A DNA stretch of 64,000 bases from Tumebacillus amylolyticus. Its GTDB lineage: Bacteria > Bacillota > Bacilli > Tumebacillales > Tumebacillaceae. Of the stretch, positions 19,912-29,816 are shown piece by piece. The translations under genes and the position numbers were made by a program. The stretch spans positions 489,541 through 553,540 of the forward strand of contig NZ_JAEQNB010000002.1 in assembly GCF_016722965.1 (NCBI RefSeq), in the 5' to 3' direction. Position 1 is the stretch's first letter. Each line of letters begins with the position of its first letter. The notes under the pieces were generated by a model. It did not search any database, was not told the DNA's origin, and was given only the letters and a program-made list of their open reading frames with translations.

Positions 19912-20544
19912 TTAGAAGGATTTCGCGACTTGCTTCGCTTTTTCAACGCCGGCAGCTTTGATTTCAGCAGCTTTGTCCGGTTGTGCAGCTTGACCTTCGA
20001 CGAAGATCGATTCCAGGGAGAAGCCGAGGAATTGTGCGATGGTCGCCAGGTAGCGGTTGCCAAAGTCCCAATCGCGGGTCGGGCCTTCGGAGTACACGCC
20101 GCCGGACGCTTGGATGTGGACCGCTTTTTTGCCGCCAAGCAGACCTTGCGGGCCTTGTTCGGTGTACTTGAAGGTCTTGCCTGCCACGCAGATGGAGTCG
20201 ATGTACGCTTTGAATACCGGAGGGAACGAGAAGTTCCAGAACGGGGTGACAAATACATACTTGTCAGCGCCGACGAACTCGTCAGCCAGTTCGTTCAGGC
20301 GGGTTACTTTCGCTTGCTCGCCTGCGGAGAGGGTGGAGAAATCAGCGCCCGAGCGCAGTTTGCCCCAGCCGCCCATGACTTCTTCGTCGATGTGCGGGAT
20401 GTTGAGTTTGTAGAGGTCGAGGTGAACGACTTCGTCGGACGGGTTTGCCTCGCGGTAAGATTCAACGAATGCTTGACCGGTGGTCAGACCGAAGGAATGT
20501 TCAACCGGGTTCGGGTTTGCGGTGATGTACAGAACTTTTGCCAT
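19912..20544 (-). CDS. azoR: FMN-dependent NADH-azoreductase
   Basis: [13 protein letters not shown]...[12 protein letters not shown] flavodoxin-like azoreductase signature; RBS AAAGGATGAA. Confidence 0.85.
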   Translation of the reverse strand: MAKVLYITANPNPVEHSFGLTTGQAFVESYREANPSDEVVHLDLYKLNIPHIDEEVMGGWGKLRSGADFSTLSAGEQAKVTRLNELADEFVGADKYVFVTPFWNFSFPPVFKAYIDSICVAGKTFKYTEQGPQGLLGGKKAVHIQASGGVYSEGPTRDWDFGNRYLATIAQFLGFSLESIFVEGQAAQPDKAAEIKAAGVEKAKQVAKSF

Positions 20545-20580
20545 TGTTAGATTCATCCTTTCATGCTGTGGGTTTTAGGT

Positions 20581-21282
20581 TTAGACGAGGTCAATGAGCA
20601 TAAACTCGGCCCCATCAGGACTGCTGAGGGTGAGGGTTGGAACGTCAGAGATCCGCGCTGCATCGCCTTCGTGCATCAACTCGCCGTTGAGGTCGAGGAT
20701 GCCGCGAATGACGAAGACATAAAAGAGCCGATTCGCATCATCTGCAGTGTGAGTTAAGGTCAGACCTTTCTCTAAGTTAGAAAGGAACACCGTCACATCT
20801 TGATTCATGTGCATCGCGCCTTCAACGCCGCGTCCGGAGACGACGGGAAGCAGGGTGTTGCGCTGCTGTTCCTTGGTGAACTCCGCTTGTTCCCACGAAG
20901 GCGTGAGACCTTGCTTGTTCGGCAAGAACCAGAGCTGCAGGAAGTGGACGGGCTCCGTCTTGGAGTGGTTGTACTCCGAGTGGTAGACGCCGGTTCCGGC
21001 CGTCATGCGTTGAACTTCACCCGGACGAAGCACGCCGATGTTGCCCATGCTGTCTTGGTGTTCCAACGCGCCGTCGATCACATAGGTCATGATCTCCATA
21101 TCTGCATGCGGGTGGCGGCCGAAGCCCTCGCCCGCTTGGACGGTGTCGTCATTGAAGACACGCAGAACTCCGAAACGGACGTTTTGCGGATCATAGTATT
21201 CCGCAAATGAGAAGCTAAAGCGTGAGGTCAGCCAACCGTGCGAAGCTGTGTAGCGTTCCTGTGCTCGAATGAGTTGGATCAT
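20581..21282 (-). CDS. Pirin-family protein (quercetin 2,3-dioxygenase-like cupin)
   Basis: HPHADMEIMTYVIDGALEHQDSMGN...GTGVYHSEYN metal-binding His motifs of pirins. Confidence 0.85.
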   Translation of the reverse strand: MIQLIRAQERYTASHGWLTSRFSFSFAEYYDPQNVRFGVLRVFNDDTVQAGEGFGRHPHADMEIMTYVIDGALEHQDSMGNIGVLRPGEVQRMTAGTGVYHSEYNHSKTEPVHFLQLWFLPNKQGLTPSWEQAEFTKEQQRNTLLPVVSGRGVEGAMHMNQDVTVFLSNLEKGLTLTHTADDANRLFYVFVIRGILDLNGELMHEGDAARISDVPTLTLSSPDGAEFMLIDLV

Positions 21283-21443
21283 CTGTGTGTCACCCCTTGT
21301 CTATCATGTCCGTTTCCCTGAGAACCAACACTGGATTAGTAGCTAACTAAAAGTAAGCATCGAACTTTATGTGAGTATCATAGGTGATCCCTCTACCTTT
21401 TGTCAAGGGTCTTGTGTTACACTATCTTCAGGAGATGATGAGC

Positions 21444-21764
21444 ATGGAACACGATCACACGCTGTGCCCGAAGTTTGAGACGGCGTTCACCCTGCTCGGG
21501 AAGCGTTGGAACGGCTTGATCATCCGGGTGCTGATGGACGGACCGTCTCGGTTCAAGGAGATCTCCGAACTCATTCCCGGCATGAGCGACCGCATGCTCG
21601 CCGAACGTTTCAAGGAACTGGAGGCTGCGGGCATTCTGATTCGACGTGTCTACCCGGAGACCCCGGTCCGCATCGAATACGAACTCACCGACAAAGGCCG
21701 CGCCCTCGAACCGCTGATGAACGAAGTCCAGCACTGGGCTGATAAATGGGTAGACGAATTGTAG
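21444..21764 (+). CDS. HxlR-family transcriptional regulator
   Basis: CPKFETAFTLLGKRWNGLIIRVL...FKEISELIPGMSDRMLAERFKELEAAGIL winged-helix HxlR signature; RBS CAGGAG. Confidence 0.75.
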   Translation: MEHDHTLCPKFETAFTLLGKRWNGLIIRVLMDGPSRFKEISELIPGMSDRMLAERFKELEAAGILIRRVYPETPVRIEYELTDKGRALEPLMNEVQHWADKWVDEL

Positions 21765-21824
21765 CTCACGAAAAAGAGGCGTCCTCACATAGAGGATGCC
21801 TCTTTTTTTGCTTGCACGAGGAGA

Positions 21825-23717
21825 CTAGGAGATCACACGCTTGTCTTCGATGCGCTTGCTGAACTTGATGTCATCGAGGTATTCGAGGATGAGCACGGCG
21901 AATTTGCGCGACGTGCCAACCCAGTCGCGGAAGTCGGCGACGGAGTACGCACCGCTGACGGAAAACTTCTCGCGCAGAACAGACTTCGCCTGCTCCAAGA
22001 ACTCGCTGTGCAAGTACGAGCCCCCGCCGAGTTCCACCAACGTTCCACGCTCCTTCAAGTAGTGGAGGAGTCCGTGGAGCGTTTTTTCCAAGGCGTTTGT
22101 CTGGGTCCGTACTTCCTCGACAGACGGCGGTTGGAATCCTCCTCCTCGGTACAGCTCCTCGATTTTCTGCAGCAACTCCCGCTCGCGAAGCGTGAACGGA
22201 ACATCGTACCCGCGAATGCCGATCTTGTCACGGAAGACTTCGAAGCGTTCTTGCCCGACAGAGGAGCCAAGCAGAGCGTCAAACAGTTTGGGTTTCATCC
22301 CGACCTGCGACAACACCTGCGCTTTGGGCACCGTTACGTGGTACTTCTCTTTGGCAAAGTGTACGCGAATCCGTTCCTCGACTTCATCGAACACTCTCGC
22401 CAACCAATCGGCCGACACGTAGCCGCCTGCAATCGACACAACCAAACCAACGCCTGCCATCTCCTGCAAGCAAACTTCTGCCGCTTCCACGGTCAGTTTG
22501 ACCTGCGGTGCCACGTCGCGAACGCCAAGTCCCGGCTCCTCCGTCAACACCTGCAAAATCAACTGCTCCGGCCCGCCCTGCTCCCGAAGCAGCAGGTCTT
22601 CCAGCACATACTCGCGTCGTCGGCGATGGACACGCGACGGAGTCGGGTCGATCACCGTCCCCCCGCCAATCGTCAACATCGGCGAGTAGGAACGCACGAT
22701 GAATCGGTCCTGCGGCGCACAAACCACCGGACTTTCCAACGCAATCTGCACCAACGCATCTTCGCCCGGCTTCAACTCATCGCTCTCCAAGATCGAAACG
22801 CGACCCAAAACTTCACTGGCGCCGAGATAAAAACGAATCCGCGACGAATTCGTCAAATTCCTCGGCGAGTCGGGCAGCAGATGCAACCGCACGTCGACCA
22901 AGTTCGTCGATTTGTACACGCCGGGCTTCGCAACGACCATGCCGCGCTCAATCTCGGCACGCTCGACGCCCGCCAGATTCAGCGCGGCCCGTTGCCCCGC
23001 TTGCGCACGCTCGACCGTTTTGCCATGCACTTGAATCGTGCGCACCCTGGCAGACAAGCCCTGCGGCAACAATTCCACGACCTCGCCCGTCTCCACGCCG
23101 CCGGCAAAAACGGTCCCCGTCGCGACCGTCCCAAACCCCGGCACGGAAAACACGCGGTCCACCGGCACTCGCAACGGAGCGGTCACTTCACGCGGCGTCA
23201 CTTCTGCCGCCAATTCGCCGATCAAGAGACGCAACTCCACAATGCCGGCCCCCGTCTGCGCCGAAACTCCCACCATCGGAGCGTCTGTCAAAAAAGTCCC
23301 CGCCAGTCCCTCGCGGACTTCCTCTCGAACCATCTCCAGCCATTCGGCTTCTACGGTGTCCGTTTTGGTGAGCACGATGATGCCCTTCTGCACATGCAAC
23401 ATTTCCAAGATGTGCAGATGCTCCACCGTTTGCGGCATTATGCCTTCGTTGGCGTCGATGACGAGCAAGATCAAATCGATCCCGCCCGCCCCTGCCAACA
23501 TGTTGCGGATGAACCGCTCGTGCCCCGGAACGTCAATCACCCCGAGGCTTTTGCCGTCGGGGAGATTGAAGGGGGCAAATCCGATGTCGATCGTGATGCC
23601 CCGTTCCTTTTCTTCCTTATGAATGTCGGTGTCAATCCCGGTCAGCGCTTTGACCAACGACGTTTTGCCGTGGTCGATATGTCCCGCTGTGCCGAGGATG
23701 ATAAACTCCTCCGTCAC
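21825..23717 (-). CDS. selB: Selenocysteine-specific translation elongation factor SelB
   Basis: N-terminal GTPase GTAGHIDHGKTSLVKALTG...DVPGHERFIRNMLAGAGGIDLILLV...TKTD aligns to E. coli SelB; ~300-aa C-terminal winged-helix region; GTG start at 23717 overlaps trxB stop (GTGA); antisense ORF 22008..23747 is rejected. Confidence 0.85.
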   Translation of the reverse strand: MTEEFIILGTAGHIDHGKTSLVKALTGIDTDIHKEEKERGITIDIGFAPFNLPDGKSLGVIDVPGHERFIRNMLAGAGGIDLILLVIDANEGIMPQTVEHLHILEMLHVQKGIIVLTKTDTVEAEWLEMVREEVREGLAGTFLTDAPMVGVSAQTGAGIVELRLLIGELAAEVTPREVTAPLRVPVDRVFSVPGFGTVATGTVFAGGVETGEVVELLPQGLSARVRTIQVHGKTVERAQAGQRAALNLAGVERAEIERGMVVAKPGVYKSTNLVDVRLHLLPDSPRNLTNSSRIRFYLGASEVLGRVSILESDELKPGEDALVQIALESPVVCAPQDRFIVRSYSPMLTIGGGTVIDPTPSRVHRRRREYVLEDLLLREQGGPEQLILQVLTEEPGLGVRDVAPQVKLTVEAAEVCLQEMAGVGLVVSIAGGYVSADWLARVFDEVEERIRVHFAKEKYHVTVPKAQVLSQVGMKPKLFDALLGSSVGQERFEVFRDKIGIRGYDVPFTLRERELLQKIEELYRGGGFQPPSVEEVRTQTNALEKTLHGLLHYLKERGTLVELGGGSYLHSEFLEQAKSVLREKFSVSGAYSVADFRDWVGTSRKFAVLILEYLDDIKFSKRIEDKRVIS

Positions 23718-24658
23718 TCTCCATCCTCCGTCCACAATTCTACGTAATGACCCGCGTAGAACGCCGCAATTGCGCCGTCCCCGGTCGCCGTCACCACTTG
23801 GCGAAGCACCGTGTCGCGCACGTCGCCCGCTGCGAAGACGCCCGGAAGTTTCGTTTCCATTTTCGCGTTGGTCGGGATGTAGCCCGACTCGTCGAGCAGG
23901 TTCGGCAATTCGGTGAGGAAATCGGTGTTCGGCTTCATGCCGACGTAGATGAACACACCGTCACACGGGTATTCAGAAGTTTCGCCCGTTTTCGCGTTCT
24001 TCATAAGCACGCGCTCGACTTTGTTCTCGCCGGCGATCTCTTCGACCACGGTGTCCCAGATGAAGGAGATTTTTTCGTTCGCAAAGGCACGGTCTTGCAA
24101 GATCTTCTGCGCACGCAGTTGGTCGCGACGGTGAATGATCGTGACTTTCGAAGCATGGCGCGTCAGGTAAATACCTTCCTCAACCGCAGAGTCCCCGCCG
24201 CCGATGACGACCAGTTCCTTGCCCCGGAAGAACGCACCGTCGCAGGTCGCGCAGTAAGAAACGCCGCGGCCGCGCAGTTCGTCCTCGCCCGGCACGCCGA
24301 GTTTTTTCGGTTCTGCACCCGGAGTGAGGATGATGGTTTTGGTCAGGTACTCCCCGCGGGAGGTGATGACTTTCTTGATCTTGCCTTCGATGTTCTCGAT
24401 CTTCTCGACTTCGGCGGTGATCATCTCGCATCCGAAATCGCCCGCTTGCTTGTGCATAATCATCGACAGGGTCGGCCCGTCAATCGACTCCACACCCGGG
24501 AAGTTCTCGATCAAGTGCGTGGTGGACGCTTGCCCGCCCGGCATGCCGCGCTCGATCATGGCTACTTTTAAATTCGCACGGCCTGCGTACAGACCTGCGG
24601 TCATCCCCGCCGGACCGCCGCCGACGATCAGCACGTCATACAATTGTTGTTCGCTCAT
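23714..24658 (-). CDS. trxB: Thioredoxin-disulfide reductase
   Basis: VGGGPAGMTAGLYAGRA FAD motif, redox-active CATCDG, second GGGDSA NADPH motif. Confidence 0.9.
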   Translation of the reverse strand: MSEQQLYDVLIVGGGPAGMTAGLYAGRANLKVAMIERGMPGGQASTTHLIENFPGVESIDGPTLSMIMHKQAGDFGCEMITAEVEKIENIEGKIKKVITSRGEYLTKTIILTPGAEPKKLGVPGEDELRGRGVSYCATCDGAFFRGKELVVIGGGDSAVEEGIYLTRHASKVTIIHRRDQLRAQKILQDRAFANEKISFIWDTVVEEIAGENKVERVLMKNAKTGETSEYPCDGVFIYVGMKPNTDFLTELPNLLDESGYIPTNAKMETKLPGVFAAGDVRDTVLRQVVTATGDGAIAAFYAGHYVELWTEDGE

Positions 24659-24776
24659 GAAAAAGACCTCCTATATAAAACGGACCTCGTTTGTAGTATG
24701 AGAAAAAGGACAAAGAGTTCATCCCTCTTTGTCCCTTAGTATATCCCGATGCAAATGTAAGTGAATGTAACGATTG

Positions 24777-26489
24777 CTACAAATCCTCTTGCCCCGCCAG
24801 CAATCTGGAAACCTTCGACACCGAACCCGGCGTTACGCCGTAACGGGCGGCGACTTCCGTTTGCGTGACTTTGATCCCCAATCGGCGCAGAACGGTGTAT
24901 TCCAGACCGGCCGACCACGCCAACGTCTTGCCGATTCGCGGCGGTGCCGTGAACGTGCGATGCAAGAATTGGGTCCACACATCGCGTGCGAGCAGACAAG
25001 CTTCGTCGCCGAACGTCGAGTTCATCTGCGAGACGGTACCGTCCAGCACTTCCTGCCACTCCGGACGCAAAGTCAACAGATCATCTTGCGGCATCGATTG
25101 CACACGCCACAGATGTTCCTCCTGCTCCAGGTGAACATGGAACGGCCCTTCCGCCCCCATATGCCGCAGCACATAGAGCGCATGCCGCTTCAACTGGTCG
25201 CTTTCGGCCGGATTTTTTACAAATTCACGCAGGGCGTGCTCGACTTCTTTGTCGGCAATCAGGGCAAACGCTTGGATGACTTGGCGTTTGGTTTCGCCGT
25301 CTCCGTGACGCAGTGCCCAGAACAGCGACGAGCGCACCATCGGATCGGTGTGCCAAGCGCCGAGTTGCCCGCTTTGCAGTTGGACTTTCATTTTCTTGAA
25401 CTGCTCTTGGAACGGGATGTGATACTGGTACGAGATCGGTTGGGACATCCGCCCCGTTCGCACCGCATCGTGAACGCGCGCCAAGAAAAAGTCCGCGACG
25501 GTCGGATCGGGATCGAGGTTCTTGACTTCCTCCCAAATTCGTTCCGCCTTCTGATAAAAGCCGAGGTTCGCCGCAGCAGCCGCGACGCAGTGCAGCAGTT
25601 GCGCGTCTTGGCGGTCGCTCCAGCGCAGGAGTTGACGGAACAAGCGATACGCAGCCGTATGCTCGCCGAGAATCCCCATCGTCGTCGCCAGTTTGTACGT
25701 GTGGTCAAAGTACAGCGGGTAGAGTTTGCGCAGGCACGCCAAGATCTCCTGCAACTGTTCCTTTTTCCCGAGATGCTGATAAAAAACGGCCAAGTTGCAC
25801 AACGCATGCACGTTGCTCCGGTCGCGTTCCAAGACGGCAATCGAGGCGTCGATTGCTTTTTCCAATTCGCCGAGGTAGTAGTACGCAAGCGACAAATTGT
25901 TGCGGGCCGACGTCGAATCCGGATGCTCGGCAATCGCCTGCTCCAAATATTCGGTCGCTTCCATGAATTTGCCTTCCTCTAACAATTGGCGGGCAATGTC
26001 ATGGTCGCGCTGCTCCGCTTCCTGCCGTTCGCGTCGTTCGTGCAGGACTTTGCCGCCGCCGAACTCTTGGACGAGAATCTGCAACATCTCGTCGGCGTCC
26101 GACGCGAATTCACCCTCCGGCTCTGCGTCGAGGTATCGGGCGGCATAGTCCTCGGCGAGGTCGTAACTGCCGAGGTTGGCGTAGTTGTTCGCCATATAGA
26201 AGTAACATTCGACCATGTCCGGGTCGATGTCGCCTAAGATCTTTTCAAGAATCAGGTTGGACTGCTCGAATTCGCCCAACTCGGAGAGAATACCCGCGAG
26301 ATTGCAGTGGTTGACCGGGTTATCCGGCTCCAATTCCGACGCCTTTCGGAAATTTTTGAGTGCGTTTTTGAGGTCATGACGATCCAAGTAATGAACGGCC
26401 CGTTCAAAATAGAAAGTGGCATCCACCTGAAACGGAATCACATTGTTGCTACGTCCCGTGCTTTGAATCTGGCTCTTCGGTTGGTCCAC
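24777..26489 (-). CDS. TPR-repeat protein with C-terminal HTH-like segment
   Basis: Multiple TPR-like repeats (e.g. NLAVFYQHLGKKEQ, YKLATTMGILGEH); GTG start with RBS AGGAGGTG; upstream of trxB as in Bacillus. Confidence 0.7.
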   Translation of the reverse strand: MDQPKSQIQSTGRSNNVIPFQVDATFYFERAVHYLDRHDLKNALKNFRKASELEPDNPVNHCNLAGILSELGEFEQSNLILEKILGDIDPDMVECYFYMANNYANLGSYDLAEDYAARYLDAEPEGEFASDADEMLQILVQEFGGGKVLHERRERQEAEQRDHDIARQLLEEGKFMEATEYLEQAIAEHPDSTSARNNLSLAYYYLGELEKAIDASIAVLERDRSNVHALCNLAVFYQHLGKKEQLQEILACLRKLYPLYFDHTYKLATTMGILGEHTAAYRLFRQLLRWSDRQDAQLLHCVAAAAANLGFYQKAERIWEEVKNLDPDPTVADFFLARVHDAVRTGRMSQPISYQYHIPFQEQFKKMKVQLQSGQLGAWHTDPMVRSSLFWALRHGDGETKRQVIQAFALIADKEVEHALREFVKNPAESDQLKRHALYVLRHMGAEGPFHVHLEQEEHLWRVQSMPQDDLLTLRPEWQEVLDGTVSQMNSTFGDEACLLARDVWTQFLHRTFTAPPRIGKTLAWSAGLEYTVLRRLGIKVTQTEVAARYGVTPGSVSKVSRLLAGQEDL

Positions 26490-26537
26490 GCGCGGTCACC
26501 TCCTTGCGTTCCAGTATACCATAACCCTCTGGGGGTG

Positions 26538-27521
26538 TCATGACTCGCCCTGTTCGCACCCTTGATAGGAAGATTCGGCAAACAACATCGACATCGAACG
26601 GTTGTTATGAATTCGATTGATCGCTTCTGCAAAAAGCGGCGCTGCCGAGAGCACCGTCAATTTCGGCAGATTCAAGTCCTGCACCGGGAACGTGTCGGTC
26701 ACGATCACCTCTTGAATCGCCGGATGCTGAATCCGCTGAGGCGCCGGATCGGAAAAAATCGCGTGCGTCGCACACAGCAACACTTCCGGCACCGCCCCGT
26801 GCTCCACCAAACTCTCGATGACTTTGATGATCGTGCCGCCCGTGTCGATCATGTCTTCTATAATAATCGGAACTTTTCCCTCGACCTCGCCGATCACATG
26901 CGTAATCTCCGCTTCGTTGTGCTTCGGGCGGCGCTTGTTCATCAGCGCGACAGGCAGATCGAGGTACGTGGCGAGCCGTTCGGCGGTTTTGGCGCGGCCG
27001 GCGTCCGGCGAGATCACGATGGCGTTGCTCAAGTCCTTGGTGCGCAGATAGTCGGCGATCAAGTCGAGGGCCGTCATGTGGTCGACCGGGATGTTGAAAA
27101 AGCCCTGAATGGCGGCGGCGTGCAGGTCCATCGTGATGATGCGCTCGGCGCCGACGGTGGTCAGGACGTCTGCCACCATCTTGGCGGTGATCGGCTCGCG
27201 GGGAGAGTCCTGTTTTTCCTGACGTGCATAACCGTAGTAGGGAAGGATGACATTAATCATGCCTGCCGAGGAGCGTTTGAGTGCGTCGATCATTACCATC
27301 AGCTCGACGAAGTTTTCATTGACCGGGTGGCAGAAAGATTGGATGACGTAGACGTCCGCTCCGCGCACGCTTTCCTTAATGTTCACGTAGAGTTCGCCGC
27401 TTGTGAAGCGGGAAATCGTCGTTTCGCCAAGCGGGAGTCCAAGCAAACGGCAGACTTCCTCGGCGAGGGCCGGGTTGGACGAGCCGGAGAAGATCTTCAC
27501 GTCGTCGCGCAATCGCTTCAT
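26538..27521 (-). CDS. prs: Ribose-phosphate pyrophosphokinase (PRPP synthetase)
   Basis: MKRLRDDVKIFSGSSNPALAEEV..., PRPP-binding VIISPDAGRAKTAERLA, DLHAAAIQGFF. Confidence 0.9.
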   Translation of the reverse strand: MKRLRDDVKIFSGSSNPALAEEVCRLLGLPLGETTISRFTSGELYVNIKESVRGADVYVIQSFCHPVNENFVELMVMIDALKRSSAGMINVILPYYGYARQEKQDSPREPITAKMVADVLTTVGAERIITMDLHAAAIQGFFNIPVDHMTALDLIADYLRTKDLSNAIVISPDAGRAKTAERLATYLDLPVALMNKRRPKHNEAEITHVIGEVEGKVPIIIEDMIDTGGTIIKVIESLVEHGAVPEVLLCATHAIFSDPAPQRIQHPAIQEVIVTDTFPVQDLNLPKLTVLSAAPLFAEAINRIHNNRSMSMLFAESSYQGCEQGES

Positions 27522-27646
27522 TTGGTGCAGTCATCCCCTTTTTTTGTCGAAATGTGATTGAGGTTACATACTGAACGGTCGATGTTGAGTTAGTCTAACT
27601 TTAGACTTATTACACACGTTCACAAACCAAGGAGGAGAAATCAAAC

Positions 27647-28072
27647 ATGGCAAACGTAAAAGGCACCAAAACCGCAGACAACCTGAAAGCAGCATTCGCA
27701 GGTGAATCCCAAGCAAACCGTCGTTACCTGTACTTCGCAGAGCAAGCTGACACCGAGGGTCTCGAAGAGATCGCTTCCCTGTTCCGCAACATTGCGAACG
27801 GCGAAACCAAGCATGCATTCGGTCACTTCGACGCACTCCGCAACAACGGGGAAGGCGACCCGGCAACCGGTCTTCCGGTCAACACCGCAAAAGAAATGCT
27901 CGCTTCCGCAATCGCAGGTGAAACCTACGAGTACACCGAAATGTACCCGGGCTTCGCAGCAACCGCTCGCGAAGAAGGCTTCGAAGACATCGGCGAATGG
28001 ATGGAAGTCATGGCGAAAGCAGAACGCGTTCACGCACAACGCTTCCAAAAGTTGCTCGACTCCCTCGAATAG
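27647..28072 (+). CDS. Rubrerythrin-family diiron protein (ferritin-like, no rubredoxin domain)
   Basis: [25 protein letters not shown]...ETKHAFGHF...[14 protein letters not shown]...ERVHAQRF: ExxH diiron ligand pairs. Confidence 0.8.
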   Translation: MANVKGTKTADNLKAAFAGESQANRRYLYFAEQADTEGLEEIASLFRNIANGETKHAFGHFDALRNNGEGDPATGLPVNTAKEMLASAIAGETYEYTEMYPGFAATAREEGFEDIGEWMEVMAKAERVHAQRFQKLLDSLE

Positions 28073-28156
28073 TCTCCTTTTTCGTCTAAAAACGACTGTC
28101 CTGTACATCATACGTACAGGACAGTCGATTCATATCGCAACGGAGGTGGATTTTTC

Positions 28157-28744
28157 ATGGCAACCGCAATCACCCGCAGCGACCTGGTGGCACTCCCGAC
28201 GTACCGCCAAGGCCGTGATGAGTATCTGCAAAAGATGATCCAGTACAAAAAGTCGCGTCGTCTGAAACTCGGCCAAGACATTTCGATCTTGTTTGAGAAC
28301 CGTCAGACGGTGTTGTTCCAGATTCAAGAACTTGCCCACAGCGAAGACCTGACCGATGCCAAAGAGCTCGACGAGTACATCGACATCTATTCCGGCATGC
28401 TCCCGGGCGACGATGAGCTGTCGGCCACCCTGTTCATCGAACGGGACAACCAAGAACAACTGGCGAAGATCCTCGTGGACCTCAAAGGGATCGAGCATCA
28501 CTTGTACCTGCAAGTCGGCGATGAGAAGCTGAAAGCCGTGTTTGAGGAAGAGCACGACGATCGTGAGAACACGACCTCCGTCCACTACCTCAAATTCCCG
28601 ATCACCGGCACCGCCAAGGCGTACCTCACCAACGGCTCCTACGAGCACGAAACCGTCCGCGTCCTCCTCGACCACCCGAACCTGCATGTGGAAGCACCGC
28701 TCGACGCCGACCATGTAGCATCGCTTGCCAAGGACCTCGCCTAA
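28157..28744 (+). CDS. Hypothetical protein, possibly DUF3501-like partner of rubrerythrin
   Basis: 195-aa ORF 85 nt downstream of rubrerythrin, same strand; recalled rubrerythrin-associated family; not verified. Confidence 0.45.
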   Translation: MATAITRSDLVALPTYRQGRDEYLQKMIQYKKSRRLKLGQDISILFENRQTVLFQIQELAHSEDLTDAKELDEYIDIYSGMLPGDDELSATLFIERDNQEQLAKILVDLKGIEHHLYLQVGDEKLKAVFEEEHDDRENTTSVHYLKFPITGTAKAYLTNGSYEHETVRVLLDHPNLHVEAPLDADHVASLAKDLA

Positions 28745-28853
28745 CTTCACAGCTCGTCCGATGAACAGTCCACTCCGAAACGGGAAGTGGACTTTTTTTC
28801 TACACATGTTCCCCACGGTTCAAGCCACACTAGAGAACAGGGGGTGAGCATTC

Positions 28854-29723
28854 ATGACATTTGCAGGGTTTATCATTGCTGTGGCAGTCATCGGTGTGCT
28901 CTTTTATGCGTGGTATTACTTTGTGCATCGCAACGGGACGAACGAAGCCGGTCAGATGAATGGTCAGCAAGGCAATCAGCGTCCGAGCAACACGCGTCCT
29001 GCGTTTGGCTCTGAAGTCGGTACGATCGGTGAACGAGAGGCGCAAGATCAACAGCCCGCACCGATCCGGTTGCGTCAAGCTGACGGTACGCTGAACAACG
29101 ACAACGTGGAGATCGGCTCGATCGGTGACTTCAAGCAAGATCTCCAGTCGGAGTACGGCTTGTCTCCGAAGCAACAAGACTTCGCGTCCTCGCAAGTCCA
29201 ACAGCAGGTGCGTCAAGACGCTCAGCAAGCCTTCTCTTCCGAAGTCGGCACCATCGGCGAAGCAGGTTCGCAAAAGTCCGGCGCTCAGCAACAAGGCATG
29301 CAGGCTCAAGCGGCCCAAGGCAGCAACTTCGCTTCGTCGCAGGTCCAGCAGCAAGTCCGTGCAGACGCCCAGCAAGCGTTCGGTTCCGAAGTCGGCTCCA
29401 TCGGCGAGGCAGGTCAGCAGCAGCAACAACTGCAGCAGCAAAGCTCCTCGACGTTTGCGAACGCTGACGTTCAACAGCAGATGCGTCAAGACTGCCAACA
29501 GACGTTCAGCCAGCAGAGCGACCAAAGTCAGGGTCAGGGTCAGAACCAGACCGCCGGCGCCGCGATGCAGAAGTACACGGTAGAAGCAGGGCAGATCGGC
29601 GAAGAACTCAGCATCATCGACGGTCAAGGCAACACGCTGATGCCAAACTTCATTCCGGGCACCAACGGAATGGGCTACTACCCGCCGCAAGTCGCTCAAG
29701 AAGAGAACAAGAAACAGCAATAA
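28854..29723 (+). CDS. Gln-rich tandem-repeat protein with N-terminal transmembrane anchor
   Basis: RBS CAGGGGGTG 8 nt before ATG; N-terminal hydrophobic helix FAGFIIAVAVIGVLFYAWYYF; four copies of ~45-aa repeat; the antisense L-rich ORF 28830..29771 is rejected. Confidence 0.6.
   Translation: MTFAGFIIAVAVIGVLFYAWYYFVHRNGTNEAGQMNGQQGNQRPSNTRPAFGSEVGTIGEREAQDQQPAPIRLRQADGTLNNDNVEIGSIGDFKQDLQSEYGLSPKQQDFASSQVQQQVRQDAQQAFSSEVGTIGEAGSQKSGAQQQGMQAQAAQGSNFASSQVQQQVRADAQQAFGSEVGSIGEAGQQQQQLQQQSSSTFANADVQQQMRQDCQQTFSQQSDQSQGQGQNQTAGAAMQKYTVEAGQIGEELSIIDGQGNTLMPNFIPGTNGMGYYPPQVAQEENKKQQ
28990..29640 (+). repeat. In-frame tandem coding repeats (4 x ~135 nt) inside the Gln-rich protein gene
   Basis: Recurring FxSSQVQQQVRxDAQQAF(G/S)SEVG(T/S)IGEAG peptide units. 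Confidence 0.5.
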
Positions 29724-29816
29724 CGTCCCACCGCAAGTGAAAGTGACCCGGCAAACCTCCACACGCAACAAAAAACACCCCTGTCCGGACTCTCCGGGCA
29801 GGGGTGTCTCCTTTTT

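Noticed and set aside
22008-25982. Plus-strand ORFs 22008..23747 (579 aa), 23747..24571, 24774..25982
   Set aside because: Antisense to selB, trxB and the TPR gene. His/Arg-rich translations typical of reverse frames.
28830-29771. 313-aa minus-strand Leu-rich ORF
   Set aside because: Antisense to the Gln-rich repeat gene (CAG/CTG complementarity). The plus-strand ORF has RBS and a TM anchor.
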